This document shows, piece by piece, positions 37,806 to 45,859 of a stretch of DNA of 64,000 nucleotides. The number at the start of each line of letters is the position of its first letter. Position 1 is the first letter of the stretch. The notes beneath the pieces are model-generated. The model saw only the letters and a list, made by a program, of their open reading frames with translations. It made no database searches and was not told where the DNA came from. Position numbers and translations under genes: made by a program. Where the stretch lies: assembly GCA_029858305.1 (NCBI GenBank), contig JAOUFI010000001.1, forward strand, positions 39-64,038, given 5' to 3'. Source of the DNA: Candidatus Thorarchaeota archaeon (GTDB taxonomy: Archaea; Asgardarchaeota; Thorarchaeia; Thorarchaeales; Thorarchaeaceae).

Positions 37806-39041
37806 TCAGTCATATCCGAGCTGTGGTACACGAGCTAGGAAGTTCATGAAGTAGCCTATCAAAACTGATACAACAAGGCCAGCAACAGTGGTTAGGAGGA
37901 TAGTAACCAAATCAGGAGTTGCGCCTCCAATGAGTTGCATCCATGACCAATAAATTCCAGCAAGGGTCATGCCCGAGAATGCAACCTTCTTGAGAGGTAC
38001 CTTGACAGATTTAGTCTGAAGAGCACCCATATCCACAAGGGCTGCCGCAAGAGCTCCTGCCTTGTCAGGTTTCAGGTGGAGCTTCTTTCCAAGTGCACCT
38101 ACAGTGACCTTTGACTTAGGTCGAATCACATTCAGTGCTTTTGGTGCATATTCAGCAATATCTTTGGAGAAAAAGGTGATCGCAGTACTTGTATCAATAC
38201 CACACTTACCACATGTTGGTGAGTTCTTCATCCATTTCTTTCCACATTTGGGACATCGTTTATTGTCCCATGCACTTCCGGCTGCTTTACTAACTCTAGT
38301 CACCAGCTCATCTTTGTCAATCTTCTCGCCGCCCTTCTTGGGCTTTCGACGAAGGACAACAGCCCGTGGGAATATCCCAACATCAGAACCACGTTTCGCA
38401 CCGCGCATCTTTCGAGCCGCCATAATGCCATGCTGGAATTCATCAAGGGACATGATCAAAGTGAATACAGACATTACTGTGAAGCCTACTGTAATTAGAC
38501 CACTTATTGAGAGAATAGCAGCTGTGCCCGTGGGACCTAATTGAAGGACAAAGTCCTCACTGACAGTCCCATTTATACTCGGTGATGTCGTATTTGAATA
38601 TACAAAAGAGAACGCCCCTGTGATTGTCCCTGAGATAAGACTCAGATTTCCAATACTAAAGAGGCTCCCAAGTGGAATTGATGCATTAAGGATACTTGCT
38701 GTGGTATTTTCAGGAATCTCGCCAAGAGAACTCAGTGGGAATACTTGATTGATAATTGGAACTGATAGGTAAGACATTGTGAACCTACCGGATTGAATTG
38801 TCAAGTTAGTACCTGTGTATATCTGAAGTTCAATCGAAATATCCGACGAGATATCGATTGGGATTGGATTCGCAGCATCAGATTCAGCGGCATTTACGCC
38901 ATTGACTTCCAATAAGAATGCTAGACTTGAATCTCCACTCCACCCAACTGGAGGGACTGCCTTCGCGGGAATAAAAACCATAGACCAGAGAAGACATGTT
39001 ATTGTAAATACTGCAAGAAAGTGTGGTAGCGTTTTTCGCAA
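37806..39041 (-). CDS. hypothetical membrane protein with an internal cytoplasmic zinc ribbon
   Basis: Signal/anchor, then ~170-aa S/T/N-rich ectodomain, TM helix, basic linker, CPKCGKKW..CGKCG ribbon, then two C-terminal TM helices. Confidence 0.5.
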   Translation of the reverse strand: MRKTLPHFLAVFTITCLLWSMVFIPAKAVPPVGWSGDSSLAFLLEVNGVNAAESDAANPIPIDISSDISIELQIYTGTNLTIQSGRFTMSYLSVPIINQVFPLSSLGEIPENTTASILNASIPLGSLFSIGNLSLISGTITGAFSFVYSNTTSPSINGTVSEDFVLQLGPTGTAAILSISGLITVGFTVMSVFTLIMSLDEFQHGIMAARKMRGAKRGSDVGIFPRAVVLRRKPKKGGEKIDKDELVTRVSKAAGSAWDNKRCPKCGKKWMKNSPTCGKCGIDTSTAITFFSKDIAEYAPKALNVIRPKSKVTVGALGKKLHLKPDKAGALAAALVDMGALQTKSVKVPLKKVAFSGMTLAGIYWSWMQLIGGATPDLVTILLTTVAGLVVSVLIGYFMNFLARVPQLGYD

Positions 39042-39142
39042 GTTATACTTCCTCCGGGAAATGCGAACTAGAGTAGAACACTACTCATCGCCTTTAACTC
39101 TTATTGAGAAAACATCCACAATTCAATTTACATTTACCAAGT

Positions 39143-39508
39143 TTATTGCTTCCCACGAAGGGCCTCTTCTATCTCGCGATCGAAATCTTCGTCGTCATAT
39201 GGTTCATAGATTATGTGGCTGCTTCGAGGGGGCTCAGAAGATTCAGGCCAATTGTATCCTAATCCAAGGATTAAGCCACCCAAAAAAGAGATTGCAGCCA
39301 AGAAAACTGAGAAATATGATATTGGGAGAATATAATTATACAGAAGGGCAAAAATAACACCGAAGATTGTGCTTATTATAATAGCAAGGACTATTCTTTC
39401 AGTCATTCGTAGACTCTTCATTTCACCAATGCCATATCCAAAGATAATGCCAAAGATAATACCAGGTACAACGATTATCGTAATATCGATGGTGGATACT
39501 GGCTGCAA
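39143..39508 (-). CDS. small 3-TM membrane protein with acidic tail
   Basis: 121-aa ORF. Gly/Ile-rich helices. No family recognised. Confidence 0.4.
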   Translation of the reverse strand: MQPVSTIDITIIVVPGIIFGIIFGYGIGEMKSLRMTERIVLAIIISTIFGVIFALLYNYILPISYFSVFLAAISFLGGLILGLGYNWPESSEPPRSSHIIYEPYDDEDFDREIEEALRGKQ

Positions 39509-39601
39509 TGTACGCTCACTATCACAATTATACTAGCAATGGAACATTACCTTTTCGGATTCGAAAAATTGTGATTGAAATTAAATCAATGATCCTATTC
39601 A

Positions 39602-40168
39602 TCACCATTTTTCCCAATGGACTATTTCAGATAACTCTCGCCGGGTTCTTGGTCTGCTAGCTTTTGCACGGTCCACCTCATCCAACAAAGAGAGGTCTCC
39701 CTCATATCCCAAGAATATTACACACACAATTCGATATTCCTTAGGTATACCTGTGGTATCCTTCAACTCAGCTTCATTCCAGCCAGCTACTGGATGTCCC
39801 ATCAATCCAAGATGGACGGCTTGGAGAAGCATGTTTTCAACCGCCAAACCCACATCCATCATAAAATAGGGGAGACCATGAGCACTGCAGCCTCCATCTT
39901 CTTTTGCTGCAACAATAATCATCACCGGAGCTGCTTTTCCATAAGCATTACCTCCACTTAGTGCTTCATGAGCCTCTGTGAGAACTTCTTTGTCATGAAG
40001 TACGATGAAGTTCCAAGCTTGCTTATTTGAGCAGGAAGGAGCCCATCGACCCGCTTCTAATATCGAATTAAGCATCTCATCCGAAATAGGCTTGCTAGAA
40101 AATGCTCGCCCACTGTGTCTATTCATGATCTCTTCTAGAATCATAGGATATGTCCCCACAATGGGCAT
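39602..40168 (-). CDS. nitroreductase-family oxidoreductase
   Basis: NRHSGRAF....L..ILEAGRWAPSCSNKQAWNFIV is the classic nitroreductase N-terminus. About 180 aa. Confidence 0.85.
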   Translation of the reverse strand: MPIVGTYPMILEEIMNRHSGRAFSSKPISDEMLNSILEAGRWAPSCSNKQAWNFIVLHDKEVLTEAHEALSGGNAYGKAAPVMIIVAAKEDGGCSAHGLPYFMMDVGLAVENMLLQAVHLGLMGHPVAGWNEAELKDTTGIPKEYRIVCVIFLGYEGDLSLLDEVDRAKASRPRTRRELSEIVHWEKW

Positions 40169-40174
40169 TATTTA

Positions 40175-40339
40175 CTATTTTAGCTTCATAGATGTTCCGC
40201 AGTGCGTAGGAATATCCCGATGACCACATGCTGGGCCCATCCAGCATACTAGCTGATCTCCTTCTATGTGCATCTCCTTTCCACAGTGTACTGGTACTGT
40301 CACTTTAGCACCACATTTTGGACAAACAAGGTTACTCAT
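40175..40339 (-). CDS. unannotated 54-aa Cys/His-rich (metal-binding?) protein
   Basis: Hand-translated: MSNLVCPKCGAKVTVPVHCGKEMHIEGDQLVCWMGPACGHRDIPTHCGTSMKLK. CPKC plus a repeated HCGxxM. The stop lies 6 nt before the nitroreductase ATG. Below the ORF-track length cut-off. Confidence 0.45.
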   Translation of the reverse strand: MSNLVCPKCGAKVTVPVHCGKEMHIEGDQLVCWMGPACGHRDIPTHCGTSMKLK

Positions 40340-40460
40340 ACTTCTTCATCACTCTGTTGTTGTAACTTGGAGTGGGCATGATTTATTTCTATAAAGCCTA
40401 CTCCTGTCATAATGTTAACTATTGTTAGTATATGAGTTTTTGCTTCGCTGAAGCAAACAA

Positions 40461-41720
40461 TTACTTTGGGTAGTGCTTCCGAGGATCTTCACTATAGACC
40501 TTCTCTTTTGCCTTGTGTGCGCCGGGTGTATCAAGCTCAACATCTCGTTTCTCAGAACGATCCTCTGATAGTATCTCTTTGAAGACCTCATTTTGGATGA
40601 TTAGTCTTTGAACCTCATTACTGCCTGTCCAGATTGTGGCAAGACGCGCATCTCTGTAAAGTCGTTCAAGAGGGTAAACGTCTGTGTAACCAATACCACC
40701 TAGTATCTGCATAGCCTCATGAACTGCCATGAAACCAGCCTCTGTCGCGAAGACTTTGGCCTGGGAAACTTCCTTTCTACACCATTCACCAGTGTCTGCT
40801 TTCTTCGCAGCACGATACACAAGTCCTCTTGCTGCATCTAGCTGAGTCATACAGTCAGCAACTTTGAAGCTGATGCCCTCATAGCTTTTAATTGGACGGC
40901 CAAAAGCTTCCCGCTTATCCGCATACCTCACTGCAATCTCAAGTGATGCTCGCCCCATTCCAATAGGACCAGCTGCAGAAGTGAGCCGTTCAGGCACCAT
41001 CATAGTGTTGAAGATTGAATTACCATCATTCAAAGCCCCAACAAGGTTTGATTCAGGAACCTCGACATCCTTCATCACAATCCTAGCTGCACCCATTCCG
41101 CGGCAGCCCATGAGCTCATATTCTTCCTCGACCTTTACACCCATGTCTCTCTCCACTATGAACGCACTCAGTGACTCATGAGGTTTTGCAGAAAAGTCAG
41201 TCTTTGCATATATCAGGAAATAGTCAGCACCAATACCGCCTGCAACGAACCTTTTCTCGCCATTAATTATGAATGTGTCATTCCTTTTCACTGCAGTTGT
41301 ATTCGTACCGAAGAAGTCAGAACCACCTCGGGGCTCAGTTAGCCCTTCCCCGCATATCTTCTTTCCTTTAAGAGTGGGAAGAAGATATTCGTTCTTTTGT
41401 GTTTCTGTGCCAAACTTATTGATTGCTTCCCCAACAATACTTGGAAGAGAGAAAGCACACCCAAGGGCGATGCCAAGTACACCTATCTCCTCTAGGGCTA
41501 CCATTTCAGAGACCCAACCTAAGCCTCTGCCGCCATATTTCTTCGGAAACCGCATACCAAGGAGATTGTCATTTGCTGCAGCCTTGATGAATTCGTATGG
41601 ATACTCTTTCTTCTTACTATCCATTGCAATAATCATTTCACGATCTACTTTGTCACGAACAAAAGCACGAACTCTATCCCGAATCAGTTTTTCTTCATCA
41701 CTAAGAATTTCATCAAACAT
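40461..41720 (-). CDS. acyl-CoA dehydrogenase
   Basis: 419 aa. GLTEPRGGSD, FITNG-like FIINGEKRFV, C-terminal YTDVYPLERLYRDARLATIWTGSNEVQ. Confidence 0.9.
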   Translation of the reverse strand: MFDEILSDEEKLIRDRVRAFVRDKVDREMIIAMDSKKKEYPYEFIKAAANDNLLGMRFPKKYGGRGLGWVSEMVALEEIGVLGIALGCAFSLPSIVGEAINKFGTETQKNEYLLPTLKGKKICGEGLTEPRGGSDFFGTNTTAVKRNDTFIINGEKRFVAGGIGADYFLIYAKTDFSAKPHESLSAFIVERDMGVKVEEEYELMGCRGMGAARIVMKDVEVPESNLVGALNDGNSIFNTMMVPERLTSAAGPIGMGRASLEIAVRYADKREAFGRPIKSYEGISFKVADCMTQLDAARGLVYRAAKKADTGEWCRKEVSQAKVFATEAGFMAVHEAMQILGGIGYTDVYPLERLYRDARLATIWTGSNEVQRLIIQNEVFKEILSEDRSEKRDVELDTPGAHKAKEKVYSEDPRKHYPK

Positions 41721-41735
41721 CTTCCTAACCTCACG

Positions 41736-42002
41736 TCAATTCTCATCAGTACCTTGTAACAAAGATTGTAATGTATCCTCCGAACCCCCTTTTCGTTCAA
41801 TGTATATTGCTTTAACGGGGCAGACAATTTCACAGACAAGGCACAGAATGCAATCTGCCTCTCGAATAGGGTCAGCAACCGCTTTTCCTGTCGTATCCGT
41901 CATCATGATGAACACGTCTGTAGGACATGCAGTAACACACTTCTCGCAGCCATAGCACACAGACCAATCGACTCTTACAGTATAGCCATGTACTTTGCTC
42001 AA
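41736..42002 (-). CDS. 2x[4Fe-4S] ferredoxin
   Basis: CYGCEKCVTACP and CILCLVCEIVCP. Lies 15 nt upstream of the acyl-CoA dehydrogenase. Confidence 0.85.
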   Translation of the reverse strand: MSKVHGYTVRVDWSVCYGCEKCVTACPTDVFIMMTDTTGKAVADPIREADCILCLVCEIVCPVKAIYIERKGGSEDTLQSLLQGTDEN

Positions 42003-42184
42003 GTTATTGCACCCTACAATTCAATCAGATTTTGCATGCTGTGTCAAAGCATTGGTCCTTTTAGAGAATACGGATTATAGGAACACAGTTGGCAATAGTT
42101 CAGTTCTCGATTTTTTATCTATTCCAGAATTTAATGCATATTTGTTCTTAAAACAGCCATATCCTACGTATTGGAATGGTGTAA

Positions 42185-43075
42185 TTACGGTTTGTTGCCT
42201 TTAGCATCTTGGAATAGATAATCTAATACGCTCTGCCATATAGTGCCATCGTCGCGGGCTTTGTTTTCAAAATTGTTTGTGTTGGTCCACTCTGCAAGAG
42301 CGATTTTAGCTGAATCAGGAAATGTATTCATACTGACTTTATCTAAATAGCCCAAGGAAACGAGAGCCTGTTGAATCTGAACTGAGAGAACACCCTCTAT
42401 CGGCTTCAAATTACTTGGATTCTCTCTACTAAGGAGCGTCATATCATATATTTTGAAAATACGTTCGAGCTCTTTGATGGGGCTGGGATGTTCATCAACA
42501 CGAACGTCAACATATCTATCATTTCCACCCTCATATCCTCCTTCTTTTCGTACAACAAGGATTGCAGCTGATTGCATTCCACGACGGTCACCACCAGCTG
42601 CCTGTCCAGCACTAAGTGCAGCAAAGAGCTTGTCAATCAGGTCGCCTTCAGTTCCCTCAAAAGCAATAGCCATATTGGCAACAACATCCTCTCCTGCAAG
42701 GATATTTCCTTGACAGGCGAATCCTTCTCCAATATGATGACCCGCCCAGCTCTTACATTCGTTACCTGTGTGCGCAGCAACATGCCCTTTCTGGTCTACG
42801 ATGCCTATCTGTCGATGTTGTGCTCCAGAGTCATTCTTAAGCAGGATTCGTAGGGTTTTTGATGCAGACTTACCCGCAGCCAGATAATCCAGGCCTCTTG
42901 GACCATAGGACACGTTTGCCCATGCCTGTGTTGCAATGGCTCCAATCTCTGCTTTAGCCCATGGTACAACAGAGCCCACTGCTGGAAACTTGGACTGCAC
43001 TATAATTCCAAAATCCCCGTTTGAGGGGTCTCTAGCAACAACAGAAAAGGTTGAGGGATGATTGAGTTTCACCAT
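42185..43075 (-). CDS. DUF1028 (Ntn-hydrolase-like) protein with C-terminal peptidoglycan-binding-like domain
   Basis: TFSVVARDPSNGDFGIIVQSKFPAVGSVVPWAKAEIGAIATQAWAN is the DUF1028 N-terminus (Thr after Met processing). C-terminal IQQALVSLGYLD resembles PG_binding repeats. Confidence 0.7.
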   Translation of the reverse strand: MVKLNHPSTFSVVARDPSNGDFGIIVQSKFPAVGSVVPWAKAEIGAIATQAWANVSYGPRGLDYLAAGKSASKTLRILLKNDSGAQHRQIGIVDQKGHVAAHTGNECKSWAGHHIGEGFACQGNILAGEDVVANMAIAFEGTEGDLIDKLFAALSAGQAAGGDRRGMQSAAILVVRKEGGYEGGNDRYVDVRVDEHPSPIKELERIFKIYDMTLLSRENPSNLKPIEGVLSVQIQQALVSLGYLDKVSMNTFPDSAKIALAEWTNTNNFENKARDDGTIWQSVLDYLFQDAKGNKP

Positions 43076-43271
43076 TTCTTCTTTTGCCTCCTTGTACTAT
43101 CAATCCTTTTGACAAATCCACCTATTTAGAGAATCTGATTTGAGAAGGTTTGGCTACTAGATGAAAGAGTAGATATCAACAATGACTTACTAATACATCA
43201 TGGAGATAGGACATTTCTTTTTTAGGGAGACATTCTATATGCGAATACAAGGCGAGTAGCATGGGAGGAAT

Positions 43272-43772
43272 TTGATAGTGGTATCTGAGATATTCATCAG
43301 GTTCGAAACAACCACGGGTCTTGAAAAGACAGCAAGATTCAGAACTAATGAAACAACTATTAGCTTGGATCTAAAGGACATCGCAAATGTTGACCTTCTC
43401 CCAATTATTTGGTGTGAGAAGCTAGAGTATCTCTGTCTTAGAAATAACTCCCTTTCTGAAATTGATCTTTCACCTCTTGAAAAGTGTGGCAAACATCTAA
43501 AATCCGTCAGACTGAATCATAATAGACTTCAAGACCTAGATCTCAATCCACTCAGTTCTTGTCCTAGTCTTGAAGAATTGAATCTAGAAAATAACAGATT
43601 GAAGCGTCTTGATTTATCACCACTTTTTCAGTGTGCGAACCTCAAAGAACTAGCAATAGACAAAGACGTTGGACTCACTGCGGACCTCTTACTTAGATCT
43701 GTGGGTAGCTGGCCAGAGGTGCTTGTGGAACGTTATCACAGAATTCTCTGGAAATCCAATTCAACAAGTTGA
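43272..43772 (+). CDS. leucine-rich-repeat protein
   Basis: Four to five ~23-aa repeats of LxxLxLxxNxLxxLDLSPL (LEYLCLRNNSLSEIDLSPL, LKSVRLNHNRLQDLDLNPL, LEELNLENNRLKRLDLSPL). Confidence 0.65.
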   Translation: MIVVSEIFIRFETTTGLEKTARFRTNETTISLDLKDIANVDLLPIIWCEKLEYLCLRNNSLSEIDLSPLEKCGKHLKSVRLNHNRLQDLDLNPLSSCPSLEELNLENNRLKRLDLSPLFQCANLKELAIDKDVGLTADLLLRSVGSWPEVLVERYHRILWKSNSTS

Positions 43773-43839
43773 CATCCTATATCGCATGATTGAAAGGGAA
43801 CAAGTATACAATTTCGCTATCATTATTCGAGGGAGCTTA

Positions 43840-44646
43840 ATGGATACAGGACTTTCTGGAAAGCACATTGTAGTCACAGGTGCTTCTGGGGGGATTGGAA
43901 TGGAAACTGCTCAGCTATTCCTATCAGAAGGTGCAAATGTCACTGGGACCTACAACTGCTCGAAACATAATCTTGAAGCTCTGAAGAAATCTTGGCCAGA
44001 ACAATTCTTCATGGTAAAGACAAACCAGACAAAGGAGGCAGATGTTAAAGCCCTATTTGACGCTGCAAATCAGGCATTTGGACGTGTTGATGTGCTTGTG
44101 GCAAATGCAGGAATAGCAAACGCAGAGGGAAAAGCAGTTCAAGATATGACATTGGAACAATGGGAGAGAACACTTTCTGTAAACCTTACTGGTACGTTTC
44201 TCTGTGCAAAATACTTCTTTACAAACCTTGAAAGATACAAAGGTGATTACGCCTCCTTGATTCTAATAGGATCTACAGCAGGATTCTTTGGTGAGGCGTG
44301 GTACTCCGACTATTCCACGACCAAGGCTGGAATGCATGGTCTACTAATGAGCTTGAAAAACGAGATTGTCCACCTCGCACGCAATGGGAGAGTTAACCTA
44401 GTCAACCCGGGATGGACCCTAACTCCAATGGCAGAAGAAGCCCTGACTGACAAGGACATGGTGACAAGAATATTGCAGACCATTCCCATGAGGAAAACTG
44501 CTGTTCCAAGCGACATTGCGGGAGCAATACTCTATCTGGCCTCAGATAGACTTGCAGGCCATGTGAGTGGTCAGACAATAAATGTAGCAGGTGGTATGGA
44601 AGGTAGACTACTATTCACACCTGGAGAGATTGAATCATCAGATTAG
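43840..44646 (+). CDS. short-chain dehydrogenase/reductase (SDR)
   Basis: VTGASGGIG, NAGI, YSTTKAG catalytic Y-x3-K. The track ORF begins at 43669 inside the LRR gene. The Met at 43840 gives the normal N-terminus. Confidence 0.85.
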   Translation: MDTGLSGKHIVVTGASGGIGMETAQLFLSEGANVTGTYNCSKHNLEALKKSWPEQFFMVKTNQTKEADVKALFDAANQAFGRVDVLVANAGIANAEGKAVQDMTLEQWERTLSVNLTGTFLCAKYFFTNLERYKGDYASLILIGSTAGFFGEAWYSDYSTTKAGMHGLLMSLKNEIVHLARNGRVNLVNPGWTLTPMAEEALTDKDMVTRILQTIPMRKTAVPSDIAGAILYLASDRLAGHVSGQTINVAGGMEGRLLFTPGEIESSD

Positions 44647-44650
44647 AGGA

Positions 44651-44941
44651 TTAGTGTCTATTTTGATGTGTTTTAGTCTTCTTTCTTTCTGTCCTTTTAC
44701 CCATTGGAAAAACTGAGGTGGAATCCTTACGTACGGGAAAGTGGACGTTTGCATCTTGACTAAGAGAATCATGCGAGTAGACACCGTGATACTCATCTTT
44801 GTAATGTGTGGATGTGGTTGGACCTGTCCTGCGTGGTTTTCCTGAAGTAAAAACGAGCAAGATTACAACAGCCAAAACAATCACTGCAAGAATGTACTCA
44901 ATCAACTTTTTCTCCCTATGATGACATACACATGAGAACAT
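44651..44941 (-). CDS. small single-pass membrane protein
   Basis: ORF with helix ILAVIVLAVVILLVF and a basic C-terminus. No family recognised. Confidence 0.35.
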   Translation of the reverse strand: MFSCVCHHREKKLIEYILAVIVLAVVILLVFTSGKPRRTGPTTSTHYKDEYHGVYSHDSLSQDANVHFPVRKDSTSVFPMGKRTERKKTKTHQNRH

Positions 44942-45036
44942 ATGAATTTATACCATAACTGATTGTTAGTGAATAGGACAATCAGGTCATTAGTAAAGAT
45001 TGAATACCGAGACAAAACCAGAAGAACAAGATTTCA

Positions 45037-45798
45037 ATGAACTCTTTTGATGAAATCTCACTTGCATATGATAATACGATAGATTGGGTAGCTCGACTGA
45101 ATCGAGAGATTCCATTTCTTGTATCATTACTTAATGAACCTGAGAAGAAACGTGTTTTAGATATAGCCTGCGGAAGTGGACGTCATTCTGTGGCACTTGC
45201 AGCTCAGGGAGCTGAAGTTGTTGGTTTCGATATGAGCAGAACCATGATAGAGGCAGCTCAAAAACATGCAGAAGAAAATAGGGTAAAGCCTACATTCATT
45301 GTGGCAGATATGGTCGACATTGATTCTATAGTAGAGGGCTACTTCGATCTAATCTTCGTTCTAGGTAATTCTCTTGCTCTTTTGCATGATATTGATTCCG
45401 TAAGGAGCCTTGTCGAAACTATCTATCAGAGATTAAATGACGGAGGGTCCTTTCTTGCGCAGGTATTAAACTTCGAGGAAATCCATTGGACCGGATTTCG
45501 TAATTTCCCGACAAAAACAGGCAAATTGAACGATGGAACGGAGGTAACATTCTCAAGGATATTCGAACATTCTGATTATCCTGTTTCTTCGACCTTAATC
45601 ATGTCCGTCTTCAGGAAGACAAATGATGATTGGGTTTCGGAGGTTTCTACTCAGAAAGTACTCAATCTCAATTATAGTATAATGAGTGACATGTTGAACA
45701 TTGTCGGCTTCAGGGATGTAGAATTCTTCTCCGACTATAATGAGAGTCCTTTTGAGAAGAAGGTCAGCAGAAATATGGTGATTCGAGCAATTAGATGA
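45037..45798 (+). CDS. class I SAM-dependent methyltransferase
   Basis: VLDIACGSGRHS (motif I), VVGFDMS, ADM, LGNSL. Confidence 0.8.
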   Translation: MNSFDEISLAYDNTIDWVARLNREIPFLVSLLNEPEKKRVLDIACGSGRHSVALAAQGAEVVGFDMSRTMIEAAQKHAEENRVKPTFIVADMVDIDSIVEGYFDLIFVLGNSLALLHDIDSVRSLVETIYQRLNDGGSFLAQVLNFEEIHWTGFRNFPTKTGKLNDGTEVTFSRIFEHSDYPVSSTLIMSVFRKTNDDWVSEVSTQKVLNLNYSIMSDMLNIVGFRDVEFFSDYNESPFEKKVSRNMVIRAIR

Positions 45799-45859
45799 AG
45801 TCCTTCTCTTTCGTTGGGAGTGATGATCCAAAAATGATCATCTACTCCCGGAGAATAGG

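Noticed and set aside
40395-40455. TTGCTTC-gct-GAAGCAA hairpin after the acyl-CoA dehydrogenase as a terminator.
   Set aside because: For the minus-strand transcript the stem is followed by an A-run, not a T-run. The T-run precedes it on the plus strand, where no gene ends. The evidence is ambiguous.
41269-41955. 228-aa plus-strand ORF spanning the acyl-CoA dehydrogenase 5' end and the ferredoxin gene. Similar long antisense ORFs occur at 29918-30550, 28336-28851, 33622-34143, 10109-10660, 38062-38544, 1456-1854 and 36768-37289.
   Set aside because: Each lies fully antisense to an ORF with strong family motifs. Their products are low-complexity (S/P/R/I-rich) with no recognisable motif. They are typical shadow ORFs.
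43669-43839. The 5' extension of the SDR ORF overlapping the LRR gene in another frame (possible overlapping genes or a frameshift fusion).
   Set aside because: The SDR Rossmann motif begins right after the Met at 43840. The extension has no homology signal and simply runs through the LRR gene's 3' end.
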